64,000 nucleotides of DNA, taken from contig NC_045696.1 in the NCBI RefSeq assembly GCF_009834535.1, forward strand, positions 86,492,001 through 86,556,000, in the 5' to 3' direction. How positions within the stretch are numbered: the stretch's first letter is position 1; each line of letters starts with the position of its first letter. Source of the DNA: Camelus ferus. Lineage: Eukaryota. Below, in pieces: positions 14,244 to 27,965 of the stretch. The notes under the pieces are model-generated. The model was not told the DNA's origin and did no database searches. It saw only the letters and a list, made by a program, of their open reading frames with translations. Position numbers and translations under genes: made by a program.

Positions 14244-14652
14244 TGTGAAATTAAATGGAGTCACCTATGTTAACAGAGTTTCAAAATTGAGCCAGAAGCC
14301 ATTTAGTGTACCTTACACATGTCCTGTTTCAGTGGAACCATGAACTTTTGAACTGAGCCAAACTACAAATATTCCAAGGACTCTGCAAGAACACCTGCAA
14401 CTTATCACAGTAAAGGACTTTACCTCCCTCTAGCCTTAGCTCTCAATCGCATTTAGCCCAAACTAGCTTCATCCTCTAACTCCAATTAAAATTCTTTGTA
14501 ATGCAAACCTCCCTTCTTTGCCATTAAAGACTCCTGACTTTTACACCCTAGCAGGATACTGTTTGGATTGCCACCTGAATCTGTGATCTTTGCTCTAGAA
14601 CTGCAATCTTTGATGGCCCCCAAATACTAGGTTTATTTAGGTTGACATTACA
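14244..14652 (+). mobile_element. ERV1-class solo LTR (old)
   Basis: Starts TGTGAAATTAAATGGAGTCAC. The U3/R-like 3' part (TGTTTGGATTGCCACCTGAATCTGTG...CTGCAATC) resembles MER34/39-type LTRs. Confidence 0.55.
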
Positions 14653-15125
14653 TAAAAGCATCACACTTTAGTTTTTTACATGGCTACAGAGACTGAGGTC
14701 ATAACAAGTTATTCATTTCCTTGGGAAAATAAAGTCAATTCACATTTTTGAAAAGGACTATGCATGCAAGTACAGAAAGTTCTTAGAAAAGACAGACTGG
14801 TTATCAAGACGTGAGTGCATTGCCAGAAGATTTTCAGCAAAGCTATAGCAAACCTCTCCACTCAGAAAGCCTATGAGTAGAAACTCTTCAAACATTTTCA
14901 ATGATGTAGGTGAAATCAAATGAAGCTTTTGGCAAATAACCCTATTGGAAAATCTATTGCCTTATCATAGTCCCAGAAGAAAGTAATTCATACCAGAAAA
15001 TTAGGATATCATATAGAGGCACGGCGTTTAGGGGGAAGGGCAGAATACGCCTTGGGAAGTAATACAGTGTCGTCTCAAAGACTAGCTGATATCTTTACCA
15101 TTCACTCACCAGAAATTTTTTAAAT

Positions 15126-15762
15126 TGTTAGGCAGTTAGACTAGAAATTAGCACCAGGCAAGGGAAGAGGAAAGGAAAAGGAACAACCCCCAAAATAACA
15201 GTATACCTGCACTCAAGATAAGGGGCTCCAAAAAAACTTACCTTCTCTAAACGCAGGCCAGCAAAGAAGCCGGCTAGAATCCAACGATGCAGCTGCACAG
15301 TACAGAGAAGGACCTGGCTTAACCTGACCCAATGCTCAGGATAATGTAACTAACATTGCAGTTTGAGCCTCCTGGTGTAGGTTTCTCTGCATCATGGGTA
15401 AGAACATGCGCAAAAGAGATGGGCGTGCCTGAGCACAAGGAACATGAGCTGTCAATCAGCCTGAGCACAAGGAACATGAGCTGCCAATCAGCCTGAGCAC
15501 TCAAAGAACCTGAGCCCTTAATCAATCAAGAAAACACCCCCCAAAACCAGGATATACAAACTGGAAAAAACAAAGGAGCAGTGCCGTTTTTCCTCTCTTG
15601 GATTGGTCCACCTCCAATTCTCCGGGGTGTAATATAATCTACTACATTCTTACTTCACTAATAAAATCTTGTTTATGTCAGACTTTCTGTCTCTCATTAA
15701 AAATTCATTTTTTGGGGGGTGACTAAGAACTGAGGTAACTTTTATTCTCTTTCCCGGTAACA
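15126..15762 (+). mobile_element. Lineage-specific ERV solo LTR (probably class I)
   Basis: TGTTA...TAACA termini; 4-bp TSD AAAT/GAAT; TATA-like GATATACAAA at ~15551; AATAAA at 15660; internal 32-bp tandem repeat. Confidence 0.85.
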
Positions 15763-15793
15763 GAATTAACATTAAAAAACACCGTCAGAGCCT

Positions 15794-15842
15794 TTCTCTC
15801 TCTCTCTCTCTCTCCCTCTCTCTGTATCTCTGTTTCTCTCTC
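15794..15842. repeat. (CT)n microsatellite
   Basis: Direct inspection. Confidence 0.9.
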
Positions 15843-17189
15843 TGAATGGATTGTAGGAGAGAAAGACCAGAAATAGAGTATTCTAAATGATTTTGGTCCT
15901 TGCATACTCTAAAAAGCATGTGATACTCAAATATTAAAATTAAATCAACTCTGAATATTCAGGTACTAGTCACAGGATGAAAACAAAGATATCTTGACCT
16001 GACACTGAATTAAAATTCATAAAACTCAACTGATTTACAATGGGCCTATCTTTTTCTGTTAAGGAAAAGATTAAATATTTAATCTTAATTAAATACTAAT
16101 TAATCTTAATTAAATATGTAAATACGAGAATACACATTCTTATATTTAGTGTAAGCTTAATTCTAACAGCACAACTTGAAAATAACATTCATGTATGACA
16201 ATAAAATATTTGTTGAAAGGTTAATGGTACATTCAGCTTGTTGAAAGCTTAAGTCATTAAGAACCATTTTGAGACTTACATTTATAGACTCAAAAAGTTC
16301 ACAAATATTTTAAATATAGCAATGGGGCTATAGAACAAGGTGCATGTTAACTACAAATATATTCATATATATTCACATAAAATGGGAAAGTACTTCAAAG
16401 TATACAAAATATTTCAAATATTATGAAATTAGTGTTCTGGGTAATTCTGATTTTCTTTTTTTAATTTATTCATCTTAGGTTTTTTGCATTTTAAAAAATA
16501 TTACATCGAAAGACAGAGAAACTGTCAGTGATAGTACACCAAAATGAATAATCACCACAGCAGGTTACTGTTATTTCCAAAATTCAAATCAATTTTCAAA
16601 GACCAATTATCACTAAAAAAGAACTCCATTTCAACTACTTGTTTTGTTTCTCCCAGTAGCTGCAGGGTAGAACAAGCAATGTAAAATAGTTATCAGATGC
16701 TTTTAATAGAATTGCTGTGATTAAGTCAGTAATATCTAAGAGCTTCCATGTGTGCTTATTCATGCCTGCAATGTCTTTTAAGCCCCCAACCCCCCAGTGA
16801 CATAATTATGCATCCCTTCCTCAATTCCCAAGAAACCCTTCCTTAAGGATGAACCAGCTATACCACACACTGACTTTCCCACATTCTCTGTTTACTTAAA
16901 GCACACAAAAATTTTCATTGACTTCCACACTCTTGTGATCAAAAGAATATAAATGTTCCAAAGACTCTTCTTAAACTGAGTTTTATCAGAATAGTCCTTA
17001 AAATCCTCAGCATGATTCTGACTAAACTATCATTTCACAAGGGTTCCTTCCAAATACAACTGTAGCTTATATGAATCTAAATAATTTTCTCTAAATATTG
17101 TTAATATGTTTAACTTAATCACGATATATTTCCTTCTTATTAAAAAAAGACGAAAACAAGACGAGCAGAATCATCAAACCACTTTGATG

Positions 17190-18780
17190 ATTTCATCCAA
17201 TGTAAGGAATCAAAATGAAGTTTGAAAGTTCATCATGTTGATGGTGAAGCTTGACAATATTACTGTGCATGATTAGTTCAGTTTAAATAATCAATATTAA
17301 ATACAAAATTAAAAGAGTGCAAATTTAGGCAGAGCACAGAATCATGGTGAAAACATTATTGGTGAATTATGAAACATGCATAGCAAAGTATTTCGGATTG
17401 GTTATAATGCCCACATAATTCATAGCTATATCCAAAATTCTACTAATCAAAATACAGGCTATGGCTGTCAAAGTATACAAATATTTTGAATATATACAGA
17501 AATGAGATATAATCTTGTGACAACTAATGTTGAATATCAAAATATTAACTAAAATAAAAAACAATTAAAATAGAAAACTGAACTTTAAGATAGCAGTAGG
17601 TACTTTTTTCCTGCTGCCTGTTCTGTCATTTGTCTGGCTTTAAAAATATTTGAGACTTTGGAAAACTAATTTGTAAATATAACTGTGTTAAATTAGGTTT
17701 TAAAAGGTTTTGTAAACGAGTTAAGTTTTGGTAGCATTCTATTCAAGTCTGATATGTATCTTTAGTCTAATTATTCTACAAACAAAATGGCTAAATTTCA
17801 ACTTTGAAGGCTTTTTGAATTGCAATTTATTGAAAATAAAACTTGTAAGCAAGAAAAAAAATTAAATTTTTTCCATGTAGAAGAGGGAGGAATTCAGTAA
17901 AATGATTAGATGCCAAAAAATGTTAAAGATTGAATTTAAAAATTTTTTATTATATTTTGAAATTTTTCATCTAGTAGAAAGAGGTTTCAGACTGAGTACA
18001 TATTTAAAATTCAATAGATTCATATTCTGAACAAGAATGCAATACAATTAAGATCATTTTGCAGTGACTAAGTTGGACAACACACTTTCTTTTAAAAAAG
18101 AGCTTTATTGAGGTATAATTGATACACCTCAAAAAACTTGCATACACGTATAATTATAAAATCTGTAATGTATACAACTTGATATATTTGGACATATGCA
18201 AAAAGATGAATTCATTCTAGAGATCTGCTGTATAGCCTAATGCTTATAGTCAACAATACTGTACTATGCACTTAAAATTTTTTGTTAGTAGAGCAAATTT
18301 CATACTGTAAAATTATGGACCACTTTGTGGTAAGGACCACACATACAAAAAAGGTGACATTTTTTAAAGCATAAAATACAAGAGACTTATTTGATGAGTT
18401 TATGTTGTAAAAATATTTTTTGAAGAAAGATAGGTTGAATGGGGTACAAAAAACAGTAACAGAAAAAGTGTTTTCTATAGAAAACTAGAATTTAAAAACA
18501 TCTGTTAAATTATCAGAATTTGCCCTGAGCTTATTAGGTACCTAAGCATCTATGATATTTTTTTCTCAATTAAAAGTAGTTAGGCCTAGAGAAAAAAAAA
18601 TTAGCTGAAAGTGTCGGCAATCAAATTTTTTAGATTAATAAACCTTAAAACAAACAAAAAAGCACTGAAGGCAATTCCACTAGATTATTTAAAATAAGAT
18701 TATACTCTAAAGAATTATTCTTCAAAAATACCAGTGGTGTAGATTTAGAAACATATGAGGTTTAATAACCAAAGTAGGGC
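17190..18780 (+). mobile_element. hAT-Blackjack transposase fossil, interrupted by an L1 fragment
   Basis: GGAATCAAAATGAAGTTTGAAAGTTCAT, TTATTTGATGAGTTT, CAGAATTTGCCCTGAGCTTATTAGGTACCT and TCTTCAAAAATACCAGTG are collinear with the BLACKJACK consensus as recalled. No open frame. Confidence 0.7.
18085..18358 (-). mobile_element. L1MA-type 3' end with 5' inversion
   Basis: The left part is the antisense terminus (AGCTTTATTGAGGTATAATTGA); the right part is the upstream 3'UTR segment in sense (TTCTAGAGATCTGCTGTATAGC...AAAAGGTGAC). Confidence 0.7.
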
Positions 18781-20490
18781 AAATAAAATTATTTTTAACT
18801 TTTGCTTTAATATATACTTACATTATTTTGATTTTTAATTACTTTTTAAAATAGTATTATTTTTATAAACCCACTAACATAATAAACAATTTGGTTAGTA
18901 ATACATATCTTAAAATCTGTATTATTTTAATTATTCAATACCTCATTTACCCTCAAAATTTTCCTAGTTTAATGATAAATTATATATTCAAACTTACAAG
19001 GGAGAGAATGACATTCTGCTTCATTTAGATGACTATCCAAACCTCTGGAGCTGGTGGTAGATAGCATTTATTATTCTAGCATGATGGTTGTCTGATTATC
19101 AAGTATATTAGTTATCTTAAGGACTTGTCAGTAATTTTTTAAGTGTAAATGATGACCCTCTGAAGGCTCAGAGTATTTTTGTCTCTACACTTCCCTCAAG
19201 ATGCTTAATTTCTTTACCCATAGTTTAAGTTGTATTTTCCTCTGCACATGAGATTTTCCACTAAATTTATATAATTAGACAGCATTTGTAGCAGGCAATG
19301 TCCTTGGTGCTTTTTAATGCATTATTTATTTTAATTTAATCATGTTCAAAACATGTATTTAAAGTCTAGGACTCTGGATCTTAGAATTAATATGTTCAGG
19401 TGATACAGTAAGTAGTTAAATTATGAAATTTTCAGGTTAGGCTCCAAAATATAGTAAATTTACAATATTTATTGACTAAAAATAAATCTAGGATATGAAA
19501 TAGACATGCTAATAAGAATAATAATTTTAAGAAGGAATATTTCATGGTCTCATGATATATATGTCATAAAAACAAGAGCAGACAGTGTTAAAAACAAAGA
19601 TGTAAGAAACAGACTATATGAAAAAGGAATTAGATTCATTTAGAGTAAGTAAACTTAAAACTGAAAAGAAAAAACAAACAACTCTAATAAGGTGATGAAG
19701 AGGGAAAGCTGGAAAAGCACTATTATAACTGAAACAAAAAATCAAAGAAATAAGATAATAAAAATGACAAAAATATCATGTTAAACATTTTCCCCAATGA
19801 GAGAACTATAAATGGAAAAAAAAAAGCAATAAAAACCATTATAGAATATAGGTTTTCATACCTAATTGGTAAAAAGTATAACAACTGGATATAAGAAGTA
19901 TATTATATATATGTATATAAATATAAAAGTATAACATATGCATATAAAAGTATATATATGTATAACATCTACCTACTATTTTGAACTAATTAAGATAATT
20001 ACACACATAAATCTAAAAGTACAAAGCTAAAAAGATAGTTAAAAAGAAATCACACTATTTTCATGTGTGATTGAAATATATTTATTAATTAATCATGTTA
20101 AATGTTAAAAGTTAAATACCTCAAAGTAGAAAATGTGAAGAAAGCATCAAAGTTCTTGACAACACAATCATGAATTATCATCTATGACCAAAAAGGAACT
20201 TAAAAACAGAATCAAGCAAATAGTAGTTACACAACAAATATTTGCATGACAAATCAATAGATGAGTGGATGGATAAACACATATATAAGAAATACCTTGG
20301 CATTGTGGGTAAATATATATCTTCAATGTCTATATTGGCATAGGCCCCTGGAAATCCATGTCCAAAGTCACCTCATATTAAATACAGAGAAAATACAATG
20401 TCATTGATTTCACCATTTCCCCCTCAAAATGTTCACCTATACTTAAGTGAATTGTTCACCTATTCACCCAATCTGAAAACTTGAGTGTTT

Positions 20491-21795
20491 TTAGAGAAAT
20501 AGATCAATGGATGGAATCGAGGGCGCAGAAATGAACTCATACTTATGTAGGCAATTAATTTACAGCAAATGAGGTAAGAATATACAATGGAGAAAGGAAA
20601 GCCTCTTCAATAAATGGTGTTGGAAAACTGGACAGCCACATGCAAAAGAATCAAACTGGACTACTCTCTCATATCATGGACGAAAAAAAATTCAAAATGG
20701 ATAAAAGACTTAAATGTAAGACATGAAATCATAAAACTTCTAGAAGAAAACATAGGCAGTGTGCTCTTAGTAATATTTCTTTGGATATATCTCCTCTGGA
20801 GAAGAAAACAAAAGAAAAAAATAAACAAATGGGACTAAATCAAAGTAAAAAGCTTTTGCACAGAAAAGGAAAATGTCAACAAAATGAAAAGGCCTTCTAC
20901 TGAATATTTGCAAATGATATATCTAACAGGGGACTAATATCCAAAATACCCAAAAACCCCATACAACCCAACATCAAAAAAAATACAATCCCAAATGAAC
21001 AGAGGACTTGATTAGATATTTTTCCAAAGACATACAGATGGCCAACAGGCATGTGGAAATATGCTCAGCATCACTAATTATCAGGGAAATGCAAGTCAAA
21101 ACTACAATGAGATATTGCTTCACACTTGTCAAAATGGCTATTATCAAGAAAACACAACAAATATCAAGTGTTGGTGAGGATGTGGAGAAAAGAGAGCCCT
21201 CATCTACTGTTGATGGGAATGAAATTAGTGGAGCCACTGTGGGAAACAGTATGGAGATTCCTCAGAAAATTAAAAATAGAACTACCATACAATCCAGGGA
21301 TCCTGGGTGTGTATCTGAAGAAAATGAAGACACTAATTTGAAATGATATATGCACTTCTATGTTCATTTCAGCATTATTTACAATTGCCAAAATATGAAA
21401 TATTGAAGCAATCTAAGTGCCCATCAATAGAAGAAAGGATAAAGAAGATGTGGTTTGTGTGTACATAAATACACAAAATGTAATATCACTCAGTGACAAA
21501 AAAAAGAATGAAATCCTGCCATTTGCAACAACATGGATGGACCTAGAGGCTGGTATGCTAGTGAAATAAGACAGAGAAAGACAAATATTGTATGATTGCA
21601 CTTATATGTGGACTCTGAAAACAAAACAAATGAACAAACACAACCCAGCAGAAACAGAGTCATAAGTACAGAAAAAAAGTAGTTGCCAGACGGGAGGAGG
21701 TAAGGGGAGGAGAGAAATAAGTGAGGGAGATTAAGAGGTAAAAACTTTCAGTTATAATGAGTCACATGTATGAAATGTAAACAAACAAACAAAAA
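20491..21795 (+). mobile_element. 5'-truncated L1 (ORF2 C-terminus + 3'UTR)
   Basis: ORFs 20614-20838 ([13 protein letters not shown]) and 21008-21346 ([15 protein letters not shown]) are L1 ORF2 pieces; (CAAA)n tail. Confidence 0.92.
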
Positions 21796-21989
21796 CCCCG
21801 GGAGTTGTGCACTGCTCCATTCACCCCCTGAATCTTTATCTATATCTATATAGCTACACCTAGTAGCTATATCTATGACTCTACTTATCAACCAATGTAT
21901 ATCTATACATGTATATCACATATATAAATTATACATACCAAGTTCATATGGATATACAAACGCAGTTCTTTATTCAACAGTTTATTAGT

Positions 21990-22110
21990 TGCATGGCTTC
22001 ACAGAACCCCGGTTATGAACACAAACTTTGGAGTAAATTCAACTGGTTCAGAGTTTGACACCATCACTTATTAGTAAACTGGGTCATCTTGGGCATGATG
22101 TTAATTTTTT
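21990..22110 (+). mobile_element. MIR fragment
   Basis: ACTTTGGAGTAAA...CCATCACTTATTAG...TCTTGGGCA. Confidence 0.55.
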
Positions 22111-22139
22111 GACAGCTGTGTGAATTATGATCCCTGATT

Positions 22140-22660
22140 TAAGTCTGAAACTTGTACTTTAAATTTCTTTATCTTTTCATGAACAATGAATCTTAATTGT
22201 GACATAATCAAACTTATCAATAACTTTATTTAAGGTCAATGATTTTTTGCTTTGATTAAAAAAAAACTTTGCCTTCTCCACTCTCTAAGAGATATTCACC
22301 TATATTTTCACCAAAGATTTCAAAATTTTTATTTTGATATTTCAGTAGTTAATCTGACAATGATTTCTACATATGATGATAGGTTAGAAATTAATACTAG
22401 CTTTTATTTTATATAGTAAACCATTTTTTTCCCCAGCTTTATAAATGGGAATGTCCTTCCTTTCACTACTTTTGTCAAAATTGAACCCAATTATAGGTCT
22501 AATTTGGGGCTCTCTTATTTCCATTGTCATTTTGTGCATCTCCTCAGAAATACTAAACTACCAAATTTATTATTCAAAATATGTCCTAACATCATTTAGG
22601 GCAAATCTCCCCTCCTGATCTTCAGATATTTGGTGGTTATATTTGACATATTATCTAAGA
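22140..22660 (-). mobile_element. Old L1M ORF2 fragment
   Basis: Degraded antisense ORF2 3' sequence (AGATATTCACCTATATTTTC, GGTCTAATTTGGGGCTCTCT). Confidence 0.6.
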
Positions 22661-22899
22661 ACGTTGGTTTCTTTTGGGAGACCCAATGCACAACAAAATG
22701 TCTCAATTGTCCAGTCTCTGTCCAGTGCTGTCGGTCCATGTGAATAAGTTCTTGATGAAGAGATCCACCAAAAGTGCACTATGGAAGTTGCTCAGCTGTG
22801 AGCACACCACTCCTGATGAACATCTCATGGAGCTGAGTATTTTTATTCTGTCTTGGGCATAACATATAGAAATGTTCAGAATTAATATGTTACTGTAAA

Positions 22900-23700
22900 C
22901 ATCATGTCCTATGAATGCTTTCCCCTCTCTTCACATACACTCTTCCAGACTAGCTCAGTCCCCCTCTTTTATGTGTCTGTAATGTGCAAGCACTTTTCCT
23001 TCAAAGACTTTTCACAATTATATTGATCAGTCACTTGAGTTTTCTTTAATGTCATCTTTTACTATATAGTATAATCAACTTGAGGATAATCCCACATCTG
23101 TCTGGTTCATTATTATATTCACAGCAACAGCATTGTTCTTGGCACATAATAGATAATACATATACATTAAAAATATGAAGTGACCATAATTTCTCCTATA
23201 CTAAATTCATTCATTAAATAAATATTTATTAAATGCCTATTACGCAAGATATTATCTAGGCACTTATGATATATCAATTATCAAAACAAGCGAAAGTGCC
23301 TGCTTCATGGAAGTTATATTCTAGTTATGTGAAACAGAAAATAAACAATAAATGTAACCAACATAAGTCTTGTTTTTTATGTCTGAAGGTAAGAAATACT
23401 TTGGGAAAAGAAAATCAGAGCAGGGAAATGGGAATTAAGAGTGAGGGGTGAGGATTATAATAGGGGGACTATAATAAACTATAATTGAATATGATATTCG
23501 ATCAAAGTCTTGAAAAGAATTGAAGGAATTAGCCACAGAGAGTCTTAGGGAGACATTCCAAGTACACAGGATAGCGATTTGACAAATTTTAAAGGGCGAA
23601 CAAGCTTTAAGTGCTTAAGGAAAAGCAAGCAGACCAGCTTCACAAGACCTGAGTGAGCCTATGGGAGTTAAGTGAGAAATGATTAGAGAGCGATTATACT
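22900..23700. mobile_element. Two tail-to-tail L2 3' fragments (+ then -)
   Basis: TGTTCTTGGCACATAATAGA followed by ATTCATTCATTAAATAAATATTTATTAAATGCCTA...CCTGCTTCATGGAAGTTATATTCTAGT. Confidence 0.65.
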
Positions 23701-25124
23701 TAGTGCACAGTTGAAGAGTGCAATGGCAAAGTTCAGGAAATTTTTACTTTAAAGTTTATCCATTTGGATGAATTTCCCAGAGAACAAGAATAGACTACCA
23801 TTAGCTTTCTTTTACTGACTTCAGCAATTCTGGAGAGTACTTGAATTGAAGAAGTATAAAAGATTGTGATTACTTAGTCTACTGAGCACAGGCATCTCAC
23901 GGATCCTGTAAATTTCAGTTAGATGAAATTTATGATATAATTACTTCCAGTTTATTGTGTATATTTCAATATCTACTAATAATTGATGTGTGATATTTGG
24001 TTTTGGTGAGAAAATACATTAATGCTTTGCTAAACAAAATTGTATTTACAAAATAAAAACTACAATAAATTTGTTGAGTAATTTAAGTTATAAAATATTG
24101 AGTCATCATCAACAATAAAATGAAATAAAATCTTAAAATTAGTAATAAAACCGAATAGAAGGTTATATAGTCCACAGTCCACAGGGAAATAAAGTTAAAA
24201 GGTCAACATGGCACAGCTGAAGCAGAGATAAATTTTAATGAACTGTATAATATGGAACCCAAATAATGCAGAGAAAACATGTCAGAATTTCATATTTCTC
24301 TTCGCAAGTTTCTTGGTCAGGCAGATGTGAAATTCATCCTGGAACGTAACACTTCAGGAACCATACGGATAGCTCTTTAGTGGAGAGGAACTGGAGGTGC
24401 TCTGTTGCTTTACAGTTCATCTTACCTAAGTGTGCACAGTAAACCCAACATGGTTAAGAGTCTGGTCTGAAAAAACAGAATTTTACCTTATTCTCTCTTT
24501 TAGGCTCATTTTAGTTCTGCTGGTCTCTTCATTCCAAAGAATGGCAATCTAATGTACCAATTTATACAATGGTGACTAGTTAATCAAATAGCAACAGACA
24601 GATGACTTTTATTTCATTATTTCTCAGTCTTTGAATTTTTCCTATTTTCATTTATCCCTGCGTATCACTGTAAATACCAATTTACATCGAATTGCTTTTT
24701 TCCATTTCTGGCCCCTTTGTTTTACAGCTTACCCATGCTTGGGTAACTGATGAAAGATGAGAAAAGAAAAAGAGGGAATAAAGAGACAGGAGAGAGCCAA
24801 AAATCATCTATTAAAATTTCTAATTGAAGTTAGAAAGTACATATAAGGTGAAGTTGAGGTTTCTCCAAAAAAAATGTGGTTAATGTTACTGTCAAGAATT
24901 TCTACAGAATTATTAATTACCCTACCTAGCAAATTGACTACAGTATAGAAACTTGTCTCTCAGTATTTCAGATGTTTAAAATCAATCTTTTCCATATTCC
25001 TGTATAATTTGGACTTAGAGAATGCAGACTCATGCACATTAAATTTGTAACATATTGAAATGTAAGAACAAATTACTCTTGCATTAATTTATAAGTAAAA
25101 CAAAACCAGAAAGTTGATAAAACT

Positions 25125-25480
25125 TTAAAAATACTTTATTGAGTTATATTTGGCACACTAAAGGCTGTACATATTTGATATGTACAGCCAGATAACTTGA
25201 TAAGCATACACTCATGAAACCATCAACATAATGCCATAAGCATCACCTTCACACGTTTCCTCCTACCCTGTTTCTTTTTTTGTTATAAGAACACTTAATC
25301 ATAGGTTTATCCTCTTAGCAAAATTTTAAGTATATAGTATATATAGTACTATTAACAGCAGGTACTACATTGTACAATAGATCTCTAGGACTTATCTTAC
25401 ATAGCCAACACTCTGTATACTTTAAGCAATAACTCCACATTTCCTCCTTCCTCAGTCTTTGGTAACCACCATTTTACTCT
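25125..25480 (-). mobile_element. L1MA-type 3' end
   Basis: ACTTTATTGAGTTATATTTG...TGTACAATAGATCTCTAGGACTT...TGGTAACCACCATTTTACTCT. Confidence 0.85.
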
Positions 25481-26305
25481 CACATCCATCAGAACAACTA
25501 CTGGCAAAATGTCTACAAATAACAAATGTTGGACAGGATGTGGAGAAGAGGGAATGCCAGCACACAGTTGGTGGGAATATAAATTGGTGCAGCCACTGGG
25601 AAAACAGTATGGAAGTTCCTCAAAAAACTAGAAATATAACTACCATATGACTCAGCAATTCCACTTCTGGGTGTGTATCTGAAGAAAACGAAACACTAAT
25701 TCAAAAAGATAAGTGCACCTCAATATTTATAGCAGCACTATTCACAGTAGCCAAACACGGAAGCAACCTAAGTGTCTGTCAACAAATGCATGGATAAAGA
25801 AGACCTTGTATACACACATACACACACATATTCACACACACACACAATGGAGTATCACACATCCATAAAAAAGAATGAAATTCTGCCATTTGCAACAATG
25901 TGGATGGACCTAGAGGGCTTTATGCTTAGTGACATAAGTCATACAAAGAAAGACAAATACTGTATGCTATTACTTATACGTGGAATCAAAAAATTAAACA
26001 AATGAATATAACAGAACCAAAACAGACTCATAGATGTTGACAACTAACTAGTGGTTACCCATGGGAAAAGGAAAGGAGTGGGGGAAGGGCAAGCTAGGGG
26101 TAGGGGATTAAGAGATACAAACTACCATATATATAAAATAAATAAGCAACAAGGATCTATTGTACAGAATAAGGAAATATAGCCATTATCTGGTAATAAT
26201 TTTAAATGGAGTATAATTTATAAAAATATTGAGTCACTAAGTTGTACACCTGAAACTAATACAATATTTTTAATCAGTTGATACTTTAATAAAAGCAAAG
26301 AAAAT
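25481..26305 (+). mobile_element. 5'-truncated L1 3' end
   Basis: ORF 25772-26005 (KKNEILPFATMWMDLEG) is the ORF2 C-terminus; 3'UTR and AATAAA follow. Confidence 0.92.
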
Positions 26306-27792
26306 TTGAGATAATGCCTGTAAGAGACCTTGCATAGTACTGTTTATCCTAATAAATTATATGTGTTTACTATTATTTACCAGGTACATATCATTATCTA
26401 CTGGAAAATGGATTTCTAATTTTAAATGTGGTTAAAATGAACCTTTTAAATATTATTAATTTATGGGCAAAGAACTACTTCATGGTTACTGTATTTACCT
26501 TTTTTTTTAAATAGGAAACAAACTAGTCTCATGTTCTAAACCATTTGTTATGTAAAAACACAGAAGGCTATATTAATAGCACTTGGCATTAATGTATTTT
26601 ATCACTGTTGTATTTTACTCAAGGAACAGAATATATGCCCTCATTTCTGCCTTAGAAAACTCTGTGAGAAATACTCTGTAAGTCTGTGCTTTACAGTGTT
26701 CAAACCAACTTACGTTCACTGTGACAGTTCTTTCAGCACTATTATAAACACCCTGGGTATTATTTTTTATTAGTGCACACCTTGAAAAGAAGTAGAGATT
26801 ACTCTAAGGCTTATGTCTTTTCAAAAACGTATATTTTATTGTTAAATGTACATTGCATGCTGAGCTATATTACAATCCAGCATTATTCTTTACAGTTAAA
26901 CAACTAGGGGAAAGACTGCGAACTAAAATTGAAGAGAATTTAGAATGTCTTAGGAATTAACATATTTTACATTATATTCCGGTAAAAGAGAAGTGAATCA
27001 TTCTTAGAGAGCACGATATTGTACTAATGTGATTATCCTTTGAATCTTTATGTTTCATTTTAGATTCTTCCACACAGCTGGGCCAAGAGAGATAAAAATT
27101 GGGAAAATAAAGCATTTTTTCCCCCAGAACATTAAAAAATGCTCAAAGGACAGCTTTTGTGATGCATCATACTACTTAAAGGGGGAATCATTACACTTTT
27201 AAATAACTTAATTAATTCTCTCCATATGCGTATTTTTTCAAAATGTAAGATTTGCAAAAAAGACAATGGGGAATTTAAGTTCTATGTCTGTAAAAGTTTG
27301 GTTATAAAATATAGTTTTCACAAAGATAAAAACTTAAAGATAAGCTCATTTTTTAAAAGTAAAACATGATAGGTGATTTAAATTTCTGGCTTTCTGGTCC
27401 ATTGTAATGTTTACCATCTAAAAGTTCACCTAACATTTGGTTTCAGTTGCCAGCAAGACAACTGGTCTAAAAGGAAGCTGTCTGGGTTCCAAAGGAAAAT
27501 TGCCCACCTTCTTCCCCATGAACTTTTCCATGAATTTCCCCTCTTACAGTCATACAACAAAAAATAATAATAACAGACAGGGAAAAATAGTAGAGTTGTT
27601 CACAATGAGGAAATATTTACTAAAGATAAAAGTTTTTAAGTCTGACTGGGTAAGCATAAGTTTCCTAAACATGATTAATATATTTGTAAGAGGCAATATT
27701 CTCATTTGTTTTATCAATGAAAATATGAGAAAAAATATATAAATCAGAAACTCACGTATCTAACTCCTAATTAGAGATATCCCTAACAGAGA

Positions 27793-27965
27793 GGAAGGAC
27801 TGACTACACAATGGTGAGCCTCAATGCAAAATACAAAGGCAGTGCTCCCTTTTCAAATATTGCTAAGAAATGTAAGACAGCAGTAACAGAGCCTTAAACC
27901 AAACACAGAGCCCTTCTAAGCACGGGCCCTGTTGGACTAACATGTCACATGCCCAGAAATTCTAC
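27793..27965. mobile_element. hAT-Tip100 MITE, MER45A-like
   Basis: AAGACAGCAGTAACAGAGCCTTAAACCAAACACAGAGCCCTTCTAAGCACGGGCCCTGT matches MER45A as recalled. Confidence 0.75.

Noticed and set aside
15427..15500. Direct repeats of CRISPR-like length
   Set aside because: Head-to-tail with no spacers, inside a eukaryotic LTR, and no cas genes are present.
24240..24338. Hydrophobic minus-strand peptide (ILTCFLCIIWVPYY), and IICLPYF near 50500, resembling GPCR TM6
   Set aside because: AT-rich DNA translates to I/F/L/Y by default. Both are flanked by stops and no other GPCR helices were found.
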